Source: Anolis carolinensis (taxonomy: Eukaryota). Taken from it: 64,000 nt of DNA. The position numbers were made by a program, and so were the translations under genes. Positions within the stretch are counted from its first letter, which is position 1, and each line of letters begins with the position of its first letter. This document shows positions 26,901 to 39,212 of this stretch, piece by piece. Under the pieces are notes generated by a model. The model was not told the origin of the DNA. It made no database searches and was given only the letters and a program-made list of their open reading frames with translations. The DNA is taken from positions 25,497,955-25,561,954 of the forward strand of contig NC_085843.1 of assembly GCF_035594765.1 (NCBI RefSeq), given 5' to 3'.

Positions 26901-27600
26901 TTCTCAACCAAAGAACTATACTGTCTGATCACACAATAAGTCCCAGGATCTCATAAAATACAGCTATGGGAGATAAAGAGGAATTATAGTGTCCTGGTTG
27001 TGACGTGTGAAAGGGTCCCAGGTTTGTGCATTCAGGATTCTTCAGAATCATAAATCAGATTGTACTGCTACTAGTAATTTACTTGGGAAGAGCATCTTAA
27101 AAATGAAGCCTTGGCCCTTTTGCATGTTATATTTTTTATAATTATGCAATGCTCCATTCTTGCTTTCCCATCTTGCCCAACATCTGCTTTAAAAATACTG
27201 GTTTCTCTTAAACAGTTACACAGGCTTGCCCAGGATCTCAATGTAACATCTTCCCCAATCTAGTGCTTTCCAACTGCTTGAGACTGCAATTCTCATAATC
27301 CCTAGCCACAAACCAGGCTGAAACTGATGAAAAGTATAACCCAAACTATCTGGAAGACATTATTATAGTTGATTTCACACCTTTTGGTTGGTCTTAAAAG
27401 GGTATCATCATAACTGGCAAAAAAAAAAATACAGAAGACTCTCAGTTAACTGGCAGAATAAAGATTGATAGATAATTAATAAATATACAAGCTTTCTAGG
27501 ATGCAGTATTAGGCCTAACAAATACTAAACTCCATATTATACCATACCAGTAACCAAAAGAGAAACTAATTTTGGTTGCTGGTTGATGCCTTTTTATATA

Positions 27601-28883
27601 CAGTAGAGTCTCATTCGCTTATCCAATGTTCTGGATTATCCAACGCATTTTTGTATTCAATGTTTTCAATATATCGTGATATTTTGGTGCTAAATTTGTA
27701 AATACAGTAATTACTACATAGCATTACTACGTATTGAGCTGTTCAACATCTTTATTAATGACTTAGACGAAGGGTTAGAAGGCACAATCATCAAGTTTGC
27801 AGACGACACAAAACTGGGAGGGATAGCTAACACTCCAGAAGACAGGAGCAGAATTCAAAACGATCTTGACAGACTAGAGAGATGGGCCAAAACTAACAAA
27901 ATGAAGTTCAACAGGGACAAATGCAAGATACTTCACTTCGGCAGAAAAAATGCAAATCAAAGATACAGAATGGGGGACGCCTGGCTTGACAGCAGTGTGT
28001 GCGAAAAAGACCTTGGAGTCCTTGTAGACAACAAGTTAAACAGAGAGCCAACAATGTGATGCGGCTGCTAAAAAAGCCAATGGGATTCTAGCCTGCATCA
28101 ATAGGGGAATAGTGTCTAGATCCAGGGAAGTTATGCTCCCCCTCTATTCTGCCTTGGTCAGACCACACCTGGAATACTGTGTCCAATTTTGGGCACCACA
28201 GTTGAAGGGAGATGTTGACAAGCTGGAAAGCGTCCAGAGGAGGGTGACTAAAATGATTAAGGGTCTGGAGAACAAGCCCTATGAGGAGCGGCTTAAAGAG
28301 CTGGGCATGTTTAGCCTGCAGAAGAGAAGGCTGAGAGGAGACATGATAGCCATGTACAAATACGTGAAGGGAAGTCATAGGAAGGAGGGAGCAAGCTTGT
28401 TTTCTGCTGCCCTGCAGACTAGGACGCGGAACAATGGCTTCAAACTACAGGAAAGGAGATTCCACCTGAACATCAGGAAGAACTTCCTCACAGTGAGAGC
28501 TGTTCGACAGTGGCTCTCTCTCCCCGGGGCCGTGGTGGAGGCTCCTTCTTTGGAGGCTTTTAAGCAGAGGCTGGATGGCCATCTGTCGGGGGTGCTTTGA
28601 ATGCGATTTCCTGCTTCTTAGCAGGGGGTTGGACTGGATGGCCCATGTGGTCTCTTCCAACTCTACTATTCTATGATTCTATGATTCTATGATTCTATGA
28701 TTCTATGAACTACTTTTTCTTTCAAATTTGTTGTATAACATGATGTTTTGGTGCTTAATTTGTAAAATCATAATCTAATTTGATGTTTAATAGGCTTTTC
28801 CTTAATGCCTCCTTATTATCCAACATATTCGCTTATCCAACGTTCTGCTGGCCCGTTTATGTTGGATAAGTGAGACTCTACTG
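27601..28883. mobile_element. Tc1/mariner MITE, copy 2, interrupted by a CR1
   Basis: Same TIRs and TA flanks as copy 1; halves at 27601-27740 and 28706-28883. Confidence 0.88.
27741..28705 (+). mobile_element. Young CR1 LINE, 5'-truncated
   Basis: KFADDTKL; [12 protein letters not shown]; (ATTCTATG)n tail; imperfect TSD TGAGCT/TGAACT. Confidence 0.93.
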
Positions 28884-28986
28884 TATTGCTATAATGTTGT
28901 TTTATTGTCTACATTGTTGAACTGCATTTTTAACTGTGTTGTTTGGGTTTGGCCCCATGTAAACTGCCCCAAGTCCCTTCGTTATA

Positions 28987-29037
<51 letters not shown>

Positions 29038-29234
29038 CCATAAACGCTGTATGTACTTGATATTAATATTGAAATACTGTAATTAAAAGCAAATAAAGAC
29101 AACACAAACTTAAACTTACATTCTGCTGAAAATTGATCTTATTTTAATTTTTATTAAAATTATTACTTTTTTGCTGGTTGCTTGAGAGTTCTGGCTGCTG
29201 GATTTCTGGTTAACTAAGAATCTACTGTACTTAC

Positions 29235-29405
29235 CTTTAGTGAAAAACCATGCACATAACCTTGAGGACAAAAATCAATGTCCCCCCAGACACCCCATAA
29301 TCCTCCGTTTGACACTGTGATTATAGAGTTATAATTTCGAGCTTCTGCATCCCAAAGGCAGCAGGAGAGGATCAAGTTGAAGACAGAGTAGATGGAGAGG
29401 TCCAT
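29235..29405 (-). CDS. VMO1: VMO1-like paralog B, exon 1
   Basis: [22 protein letters not shown] signal peptide followed by ITVSNGGLWGVWG...FCPQGYVHGFSLK; donor AAG|GTAAGT. Confidence 0.93.
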
Positions 29406-29487
29406 AGCAAGCCAACTGCTTTGAATCTAGGTAGAGCAATTCAGCAGAAAAACAACTGCTTTGAAGGTCCATAACTTGGCAATTTAA

Positions 29488-29497
29488 GCTGAGTCAC
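29488..29497 (-). promoter_or_regulatory. AP-1/ARE-like site GTGACTCAGC in the paralog B promoter
   Basis: At the same position relative to the ATG as the sites in promoters C, D and D'. Confidence 0.5.
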
Positions 29498-30098
29498 ATG
29501 TGAAAACTAGGAAATCCTTTTCAGTAGAAAGGCAGAGTATGTAGTTAATTAATAAATAAGTAAACACTGTGAGAGCTAGGGATATGTTTGCACATTACCC
29601 TAAATACACATTGCATTCAGTGATGGTTAAACAAGGGATAAGTAGGGTCTTATGAAACTGAAGTTTCTGGGAAATTCAGGTGATATGGGTTCACATGATA
29701 AGGAGATTCTTATGAAACCATATGGTTTATGGGAACTTTAGGTAGAATGGATTCAAAATAGTTATATATATGACATGATAAACTGCAACTCTCTGGGATA
29801 TGGCTTGGTGGCTACTCCTAGTTCTTCTAGACAACAAATAGCAGAGTACAGAAATTGAATTCTAGAAAAGGAACTTTATGATCTTCTCCAGTGCACATCT
29901 GTAATCATAACATGACAAACATAAGTAAAGGAATCATTATGATGCCCTGTGTATTAATCATAATAAAGAAAATGGAGAAGAGATGCCTGTTACGTATTTT
30001 GAAGTGTATTCCCTATGATTAAGGAGTATTGTCTCTGAGAGGCCATAAAAAATTGATGCTACAACTCATTCAGGTGTCCTTCCTGATCACACACTCCT

Positions 30099-30137
<39 letters not shown>

Positions 30138-30515
30138 TATTTACTTTATTTATAGTCAGCCTTTCTCCCCATGGGAAGTAAAGGTGGCTGGCTAATAGTC
30201 ATGTATTTTTGTCACAATAGAAGACAAAGTGAATATAAAAAATTCAAAAAACAATTAAATAGAGATGTATAGTTTTGGTTAAAATATAGTTAAAATATAA
30301 CTTAAAATAGCTTTTAAAATTCACTACCACCACCACCCTCCGAATCCCACCCACAACCTCCCCAGAATCATGCCCCTCATCCTTCTGAAGGCAAGCAGAG
30401 ATGGGGCCATCCTGGTCCCTCTCAAGAGAGAGTTCTACCATCTAGGAGCATTCTTCACCTAAGAGGAATGCTTTTTCTTCTCTTTCTGATGGGTTTTGGA
30501 GCTAATCCTCTAACT

Positions 30516-30650
30516 CAGTGATTCTCAACCTGTGAGTCTCCAGGTGTTTTGACCTACAATTCCCAGAAATCCCAGCCAGTTTACCAGCTGTTATGATTTC
30601 TGGAAGCTGAAGGCCAAAACATCTGGGGATCCACAAGTTGAGAACCACTG
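30516..30650. mobile_element. hAT-Charlie-type MITE
   Basis: TIRs CAGTGATTCTCAAC and GTTGAGAACCACTG; degenerate 8-bp TSD CTCTAACT/GTCTCACT. Confidence 0.75.
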
Positions 30651-31533
30651 GTCTCACTAAAGCACCATTCTGGCTTTCTTTTGATGGACAAGTCACACAT
30701 GTGAACTTTAATAGACAGGAACACGGCAAGCAAAATAAGAATGAATACACACTCACACATAGTTGCATTTACTCTAGGTTTTTATTTTATTTTAAAGCTT
30801 TGAAAGTGTTTTTTTTTTCCCCTACAGGAAAAACGATATAGTTTCCTGTTGGAAAAGTTAAAATGGTTGTGGCTTCTGGAATCACCATAGTAAGTCCTGG
30901 GAAATCAAGTTGGATAGTTACTCTGAGCATAACTTTGATTGCAGCTCAGAATTTATTCTTACCGAAACAAACAGAGCTTGCCTATCTTGTTAAAAATAGT
31001 TTTTACAATTCTGATGAATGGAGAGATCAGGGAACAAATGTGCAGTATAAATCTACCCAAATGTGAGATTGTGGTTAATTGAATTTTATTCAAACACATC
31101 ATGAATTTTGATAGGATTAAAATAAACTCATTTCTGTTGACATATGATCAAAAAGGAAATAAGGAACCAAATATGGATTTTCATAGACAGTAGTTTGATC
31201 ATTTTGTAACATATTGTTTGAAGAAAATGGAGAACCTGTGAAATTTACAGACAATCCATGATTAGGTTAACAAAGGGCACATCCAGACTGATTAAAACAT
31301 CTTTTAGATTTTGTTCCAATAAACAGTAATTTATGTAGAAGACATCCTTGTTAATAACTATGTCCTGATTATTAGTTCTACACATCATGACTGCAGAATG
31401 CTTCATATTGCTGTTTTGAGAACCAGATAGCAATAAGTCAATAAGAAGGTTCTTGGCAAGCTCTTGAAAAAACTAAGCTAGTTGCCATACTTTTTGGAAA
31501 ATGATTGGTTCAAAGAGGTAACCCATTTTTAGT

Positions 31534-31828
31534 TTAGTCACAGCAGTAGAACTTCACATCATTAAGTGCAGTGTTATCACCCTTTCCTTTGTCCTCCTCC
31601 ACCATTGTTTGGAGTCCACATATGCCGCCAATGGGACACAGACGACTCTTTTGGCCAAATTCACCCCAATCGGTTCCATGACCAGTGAGTACAGTTCCAT
31701 CTTCACAGGAAAACCGGATGTTGTTCGCTGCTGTATCATCACCAGCAAGTTGCTTTTTTTCTACTCTTAGGGAGAAAGAGTTTAGATTCCCACTTGGACA
31801 GCGCTGAATCGCTGTCCAGTCTCCCCAC
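31534..31828 (-). CDS. VMO1: VMO1-like paralog C, exon 3 (terminal); full protein 186 aa
   Basis: CAG| acceptor; [13 protein letters not shown]...[13 protein letters not shown]...[15 protein letters not shown]-stop; 295 bp; candidate AATAAA at 31085-31090 (-). Confidence 0.93.
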
Positions 31829-32103
31829 CTGTCAAAGAAAACAATGATGTCAACCAGAGATGGATAAGCACCCACCCCAAAGCCTTTGAGAATATCACAA
31901 GTGGACAAATAATGCTTTTGCTGATTTACTTGAAATAAGTGGCTGGAGACCCATAAAGCTGTGCCCTCTAAGTTTTGATTGAGTGTAAGAATCCGTAGTA
32001 CATTGGTAGGCAATGACGTTTCAAATTAGGGCTACAGGGATGGATTGGAGGGAATTCTTATCAACGTTGCAAATGGTACAAAATTCAGAGTGATATCAAA
32101 TAC

Positions 32104-32158
<55 letters not shown>

Positions 32159-32514
32159 CAACAACAACAACAACAACAGCTTTATTTATCACCCGCCCTC
32201 TCTCCTCGAAAGGACTCAGGGTGGCTTACAAAAACAAACTAGAAATAAACAGCAGTAAAAAAAACAATTGAAACAAGCAATTAAAAATTCACAAATAACA
32301 CAATTATAATTAAAACAGGTAATAAGTTCCATAAATAACATAGTGAATTAATAAAATCAACATGAGAAATTAGCAATAAAAACGTGGCTGTGCAATGAGT
32401 TAGGGCAATATGTTCTCAGTCAGCCTCATCAGGCAGAATAGAAGCATAAGAAGTTAATAAAAGCTAATTATCCTCCTCTCCAAAGTCCAGTGTACAGAAG
32501 TGTGTTCAGTAATA

Positions 32515-33560
32515 AGAACAGAATTTAAGAGGATCCCAATAAACTAGAAAATTGGGCTGAAACAAATAGAATGAATTTAAACAAATATAAAAATTTTCAT
32601 TGAGGCCAAAAGAATCAAATGCAAAATGCTTGGCCTACCACAGGAATTCTGAATGCAGACTGAAATAGTGTTCGCTCATAAATTCAGGACCCAGCAGTTT
32701 GGTGCAGCTTTATAAAAAGCAAATACAGTAGAGTCTCACTTATTCAAGCTAAATGGGCCGGCAGAAGCTTGGATAAGTGAATATCTTGGATAATAAGGAG
32801 GGATTAAGGAAAAGCCTATTAAACATCAAATTAGGTTATGATTTTACAAATTAAGCACCAAAACATCATGTTAGACAACAAATTTAACAGAAAAAGTAAT
32901 TCAATACGCAGTAATGCTATGTTGTAATTACTGTATTTACGAATTTAGCACCAAAATATCACAATATATTGAAAACATTGACTACAAAAATGATTTGGAT
33001 TATCCAGAGGCTTGGATAAGTGAGGCTTGGATAAGTGCGACTCTACTGTACTATTTCAGTCTGCATTAATATAATTGTAGTTTCCAAGGTGCAAAAAATA
33101 TTTATCCCATTGTATCTGTACTAGTCAGGATTCATTTGGCTTAATGTTTTCAATTCTGGGCACCTCATTACAGCAAAGATATAGAGAAGTTGGAGAAGGT
33201 TCAGAGAATGATAAAAAGGATGATATGTGGTATGGAGACCAAAATATATGAAGAAAAATTGAGAGAGCTAAACATCTTCATTCTTGTGGAGAGAAGCCTG
33301 AGAAGTCACATCATCTAAAAGAGGAGGATGCAAACTTGTTCTCTACTTCGATGGTAGGACAAGTACATGAGAGTAAATTCTGATTGAACTTTGAAAGGAC
33401 GAGGGAACAAACAGAGAAATATTAAGGTTTCTTTCTCTGGAAATCTTAAGACAGAAGCTAAACAGCTGTTCTCTGGGGATGCTCTAGCTGGAATTTCTGA
33501 TTTGAACAGGAGTGTGGGAAGAGGTTGGACAATAGGACCCCTTCCATTGCTATGATGCCA
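32515..33560 (+). mobile_element. Old CR1 3' fragment, interrupted by a MITE
   Basis: Diverged match to the CR1 at 27741 (CAATTCTGGGCACC and AAGTTGGAGAAGGTTCAGAG segments); boundaries approximate. Confidence 0.7.
32726..33048. mobile_element. Tc1/mariner MITE, copy 3 (opposite orientation)
   Basis: Same TIRs; TA TSD. Confidence 0.9.
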
Positions 33561-33819
33561 ATATTATGTAATGGTAGTGCCACATACAATGAAATAGCCT
33601 TGCTCAATCACTGTAGAGTTATTTAAAGTGACCAGGTGAACAGATAGCTAGAAGCAGAGGAACATTTAGGCCTGCATGTTAGTTCCAGTGACCCCATTCT
33701 GGGATATGAGGCTGAGTAAGTATCCAAGAATTTTCTTGAGTAGGGTTTAGTGAAAAATGCCAGAAGCCAAGAAAATAGTAACTGGGGTGTTTGGAAAGCT
33801 ACAAGCAATCTAAGCAAAT

Positions 33820-34018
33820 GTGTTGTTGAAGGCTTTCATGGCTGGGATCACAGGGTTGTTGTATGTTTTCCGGGCTGTATGGCCATGTTCTAGAAGTATT
33901 CTCTCCTGACATTTCACCCACATCTATGGCAGGCATCCTCAGAGGAAATGTGGGTGAAACGTCAGGAGAGAATACTTCTAGAACATGGCCATACAACCCG
34001 GAAAACATACAATAACCC
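33820..34018. mobile_element. Miniature Penelope insertion made only of inverted pLTR ends (intron 2 of paralog C)
   Basis: GTGTTG...AACCC ends; internal palindrome; 13-bp TSD AATCTAAGC(A/G)AAT. Confidence 0.88.
33905..33945 (-). ncRNA. Minimal hammerhead ribozyme motif (Penelope pLTR), with two CpG-type changes
   Basis: CCU-CUGAGGA-U-GCCUGC-loop-GUGGGU-GAAA-UG-UC-AGG. Confidence 0.65.
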
Positions 34019-34143
34019 AATCTAAGCGAATTCTAGCTTAACCTTGGCTGGATGCTGAACTCATGTAATACAAATTGTCTTAGCTATGCCATCTTACAAA
34101 TAATAATAAAGGAAAATAAAAAGGAAGTAAGGCATCTACATAC

Positions 34144-34238
34144 GGTCCAGCAGCAGATTGAATGACGTCCCCATTGGTACAATACAGGCGGATTCCATTC
34201 AGGGCAGTGTCATCTCCCTTTCCTTGACTTTTTTGCAC
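34144..34238 (-). CDS. VMO1: VMO1-like paralog C, exon 2
   Basis: 95 bp; AAG| acceptor and |GTATGT donor; [32 protein letters not shown]. Confidence 0.92.
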
Positions 34239-34353
34239 CTTGAAGGAGAAGAAATAAAGAGACAATGATAAAATTGTAGATGCCTCTAGCCCACACCATT
34301 GCTCAGATTTATCCATGAATAGACAGTACTGTTTTGGAGTCAATGATACTCAT

Positions 34354-35062
34354 GTGTTGTCGAAGGCTTTCATGGCCGGGATCACAGGGATGTTGTATGT
34401 CTTTCGGTCTGTGTGGCCATGTTCCAGAAGTATTCTCTCCTGACATTTCGCCCACATCTATGGCAGGCATCCTCAGAGGTTGTGAGGCATGGATAAACTA
34501 GGCAAAGAAGGTAAATATATATCTGTGGAGAGTCCAGGGTGTGGCAAGAGTCCTTTGTCAGTTGGAAGCCAGTGTTAATGTTGCAGTTAATCACCCTAAT
34601 TAGCATTGGAAAGGTTTGTCTCTTGCCTGAGGGGCATCCTTTGTTCAGAGTCATTAGCCGTCCTTGGGGCTCCTCTGCCCTCAGAGTGTTGCTTCCCATC
34701 TACTGTTCTGATTTTTGAGTTTTTTTAATACTGGTAGCCAGATTTTGTTCATTTTCATGGTTACCTCCTTTCTGTTGAAGGTGTCCACATGCTTGTGGAT
34801 TTCAATGGCTTCTCTGTGTAGTCTGACATGATAGTTGTTGGAATGGTCCAGCATTTTTGTGTTCTCAAATAATATCCTGTGTCCAGGCTGGTTCATCAAA
34901 TGCTCTGCTATGGCTGATTTCTCTGGTTGAATTAGTCTGCAGTGCCTTTCATGTTCTTTGACTCGTGTTTGGGCGCTGCGTTTGGTGGTCCCTATGTAGA
35001 CTTGTCCACAGCTGCATGGTATCCGGTAGACTCCTGCAGAGGAGAGAGGATCTCTCCAACCC
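34354..35062 (-). mobile_element. Penelope (Poseidon-type) element, 5'-truncated: GIY-YIG endonuclease end plus pLTR (intron 1 of paralog C)
   Basis: GVYRIPCSCGQVYIGTT...RVKEH...REAIEI...NR; TSD AATGATACTCAT at 34342-34353 and 35063-35074. Confidence 0.92.
34439..34479 (-). ncRNA. Minimal hammerhead ribozyme motif (Penelope pLTR)
   Basis: CCU-CUGAGGA-U-GCCUGC-loop-GUGGGC-GAAA-UG-UC-AGG; stem III palindrome ACGU changed to AUGU. Confidence 0.7.
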
Positions 35063-35561
35063 AATGATACTCATGTTTAATACCTTTTGGGGGGTGAAAA
35101 TAAGTGTGTGAAAGGTGCCTTGGATTTAGTTTGGAGTCCAGTTTAGCACTTTGGAAAATAATTTTTAAAGAACTTATTTAGCACACATTCCTCTCTTTGG
35201 TTAGGAAGGGATTGATTTACATCTGTTTGGACAGAATTGGAAAGTATAGGAAAGAAGACCACAATTATTTAAATTCTAAATCAATATAAATGAGTTATAT
35301 AAGCACATCATAAATAATGTCAAAATACAAGTGTTTTAAAAAATCTAATGAAATATAATATTTTAGTATTTCCCTATTGTTCATTTGACAATACTCTTCT
35401 GGGACCTGCCCATAACAGGCTGATCTATGACATTAGAGTAATTTATTTTCCAGAGTTGGTGCCTGGGATTTCTAGATGTTTGGGATTAAAATTTTTGTTG
35501 TATGTATTTATTGCTAAATTATCTAATGGGCAAAAGGGTCTGAAAAACAGAAATAACTTAC

Positions 35562-35732
35562 TTTCAATGAGAAGGCATTGGCGTAGCCTGTGGGACAACT
35601 TTGACCAAATTCCCAGTTACCCCAAGATCCTCCATTCGGTACTGTGAGAATAAAATTGACTATTCGAGCATCTGCATCCCAGAGGCAGCAGGAAAGGACC
35701 AAGAAGAAGGCAGTGTTAATGGACAAGTCCAT
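35562..35732 (-). CDS. VMO1: VMO1-like paralog C, exon 1 (an in-frame upstream ATG lies at 35747)
   Basis: [22 protein letters not shown]...[12 protein letters not shown]...[12 protein letters not shown]; donor AAA|GTAAGT. Confidence 0.93.
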
Positions 35733-35785
35733 TACAGCTCTGAGCATAGATGGAGAATTGTATTAGAAGATCACCAGTTTGAGAA

Positions 35786-35816
35786 TATATAGCCCAGGTT
35801 TTTTGAGCTGAGTCAT
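35786..35816 (-). promoter_or_regulatory. Paralog C core promoter: AP-1/ARE-like ATGACTCAGC plus TATA box
   Basis: TGACTCA at 35809-35815; TATATA at 35786-35791; spacing as in D. Confidence 0.6.
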
Positions 35817-36745
35817 ACCTGGAAACAGGGATTAAAAAAAATAAATTTTCTGGATGTTAACACATAAAGATAGAATTTGCTTTAAAATACTTTCTGTTTC
35901 AATGGGGCCAAATTTCATAAGCAAGAAAGAGATTCCTGTAACGCCATTCAAAATTGCTGAGTATGTGGGCTGGGACTAATCCAAACAAAGTTATAAGTGA
36001 TAAATACTGACCTTTTCTTTGCCCTGATAGTATCTTGCAACTTCCTTGACCCAAAATATTTCCCTTCCTTTTACAAAAAAATTTTTTTGCAATGAATATG
36101 TAGAACTGAGATCTTGTAAATTATCTAGATCCATTTTAGTGTAGTTTCAGAGTGACATTTGAAACTGAAATCATCTTTAACTGTGTGCTGTTTGATAGCC
36201 TCCTACAGTACAAAGATAGGAAGCGCTGCCCTGTTGATTTGCCCTGCTCTTCCTACAGTTTTTGATAGGATTTTTACAAAATGCTTTAATTCTTCCAAAC
36301 AATAATCCGTTACATCCCTGGAAATAAATAGCCATTTAAACTGTGCAAACTTTCCCTTGCTTTGCTGTTTGTTGATGGCCTTCACAGGCTAGTTCACATG
36401 TTACTTTTTTCTCTGGTGACTCAGGGCCCTTCCACACAGAATATAAAGGCAGAAAATACCTTAATATCTGCTTTGAACTGGGTTATCTGAGTCCACACTG
36501 CCATATATTCCAGTTCAAAGAAGATAATGTGGGATTTTATTCAGCTGTATAGAAGGGACCTGGCTAGCTAGAAAAGATTATTATGTTCTGTATCATAGAA
36601 GGCAGTAGCAAAAGATTGGTGGATAGACTCAATTAAAGAAGCCACAACCTGGAGCAGGACTTGTGAAAATAAGGTATCTTGGAAATTCATTGTTTACCAT
36701 AGGTTGAGGTCAACTTGAAAGCTGTCAATAACAAAATGACCAGTA

Positions 36746-37633
36746 CAGGCCTGTAGCCAGAATTTTGATTGGGGGGGGAGGGGGATGAGTGAGTGAGAGA
36801 GATCTACCTTAGCAAACCTTTTGTATCATTATCCCAATACTCCCATGCATATGGGATATATTGAGCATGGTGATCAAATCATGATATGAATAAACATCAC
36901 AGTTTAAATAATAAATGTTATTTATTTACTTTCATTAACAAAATGTTTAGAATACTTTTTGACTTATTTTTTTACTTTACAGCAACAGACTTCTTTTCTT
37001 CTCCCCGGCCATTTTGTCAATTACTTTTTCTGTGATAGTGATGTTCCAATGGATGGAAATCATTGCTAGTCCACTAAGTCTGGTCTGTCATTAAACTTCT
37101 AGATACACTTTTCACTCTCTTTATGAAAACGATCTTTCCACACTGCATGTCGTTACTGGTAGAGTAGCTAACACAGTCAAAAGGAAATTTATTGACCGAT
37201 AGTAGGTTTTGTCACACAGTTCCAACACTTTAAGTACCTCAGTATCTTTCTTAATTGATGGTGTAATATTACACCACATTATGTATTCAGCCTTGACGGA
37301 AGCAAGTGCTGCATCATTTTCAAAGTATTCTGACAGTTGTTCCATATGGTGAACTTTGTCTAGACCTGAAAAACAGGGAGGAGAACCTGGAAACTGGTTA
37401 AAATGTCTTCATTTGACATGAACCTTTCAGTAGTGTTCTGTATGAGTGAATCGATACATGGTATGAACACCGCAATTCTGAAATAATCTTCTAAAGAATT
37501 AGTCCCTGGATTTGCCCGATGCACCTGTCTTGAATTTTGTCTTAGAATAGTCAAGTTGCTTTGAAATATGTTTTATTAGTAGCATAAATAACTTAATTTT
37601 AATGTAGAAGAACTGTTTGATAATAATAATAAT

Positions 37634-37670
<37 letters not shown>

Positions 37671-38207
37671 GGGCATTGAACCAAGCCAATGCTGGATCTG
37701 GACCAAACTTGGCACATAGAGCCAATGGGCCCAACAGTGCATACAGGCAGGGATTGGGGAATGATTGCTCTTTTTCAAATGGGAGTTGTTGTTTACCTGG
37801 ATCCAGATAGTCCCAGAAGGCAGCTGATGGGCTCGACGCACTCCACTCCCAGCCACGAGTGTGGTGAGACTTTACTGCACAGGCACGAACGCCTGCCGAG
37901 TGCACAGGTGCAAAGGCCTGCCGAGTCCACGGGTGCAAAGGCCTATTGTGGCCTCCAAATGGTCTGTGGTGCGGCGCCATCGTCTTTGGCGCATGGGCTG
38001 TCAGTGCACTCCCCTTCCTCTCCCAGCAACGAAGGCTGAAACCAAGGGCACCAAAAAGGAAAGAGAGTGTGGCAATTGCCCAGGCGCGGACAAAGACGCA
38101 ACCATGCCATGTACCAGTAAGGCTTTCTCACGGACCACCCTGAGAATTTCGGGGGGGGGGAGGGCTGAAGCCCCTCAAGCCCCCCCCCCCACCCAGCTAC
38201 ATGCCTG
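36746..38207 (-). mobile_element. Internally deleted hAT DNA transposon with a transposase C-terminal remnant
   Basis: 12-bp TIR CAGGC(C/A)TGTAGC; perfect 8-bp TSD GACCAGTA; hATC motif LATLPVTTCSVERSFS (37121-37345) and EDYFRIAVFIP. Confidence 0.9.
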
Positions 38208-38442
38208 GACCAGTATCAATTTAATAATGTAATCTTCTTATCTGAAGTTTCTTAAGCAGAAGCTGGATGGCCATCTATTAGAGGTGTTTTGATTGTGTGT
38301 GTTCCTTGCATGGCAGGAGATTGGATTAGATGGCCCTTGGACTCTCTTCCTACTCTGTGATTCTATATTTTATTGAATCCTTACAGCCCTAACATGCAAC
38401 CACCAAGATGTATGCGGTAGGTTGCAGTAGTTTGTATTTGTC

Positions 38443-39212
38443 TGCTGCTGCTCAGTCGTTTAGTCATCTCCGACTCTTCGTGACCTCATGGACCAGTCCA
38501 TGCCAGAGCTCCCTGTCGGCCGTTGCCGCCCCCAGTTCCTTCAAGTTCATGCCAGTCACTTCAAGGATACCATTCATCCATCTTGCCCTTGGTCAGCCTC
38601 TCTTCCTTTTTCCTTCCATTTTCCCCAGCATCGTTATCTTTTCCAAGCTTTCCTGTCTCCACATGATGTGGCCAAAATACTTCAGCTTTGCCTCTAATAT
38701 CCTTCCCTCCAGTGAGCAGTTGGGCATTATTTCCTGGCGGATGGACTGGTTGGATCTTCTTGCGGTCCAAGGCACTCTCAGGATTTTCCTCCAGCACCAG
38801 AGTTCAAAAGCGTCTATCTTCCTTCGCTCAGCCTTCCTTATGGTCCAGCTCTCGCAGCCATAGGTTACTATGAGGAATACAATTGCTTTGACTATGCAGA
38901 CCTTCGTTGCCAGTGTAATGTCTCTGCTCTTCACTATTTTGTCAAGGTTGGCCATTGCTCTCCTCCCAAGAAGTAAACGTCTTCTGACTTCTTAGCTGCA
39001 GTCTGCATCTGCAGTGATTTTTGATCCTAGAAATATAAAATCTGTCACTGCCTCCAAGTTTTCTCCTTCTATTTGCCAGTTATCAATAGGTGTAGTTGCC
39101 ATGATCTTGGTTTTCTTGATGTTTAACTGCAACCCAGCTTTTGCACTTTCTTCTTTCACCTTGGTGATAAGGCTCCTCCTCAGCTCTTCCTCACTTTCGG
39201 CCATCAGAGTGG
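38443..39212 (-). mobile_element. BovB-like RTE LINE, 5'-truncated (left edge of duplication copy 1)
   Basis: ORFs 38992-39204 and 38593-38955 with BovB motifs; (GCA)n tail. Confidence 0.9.
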
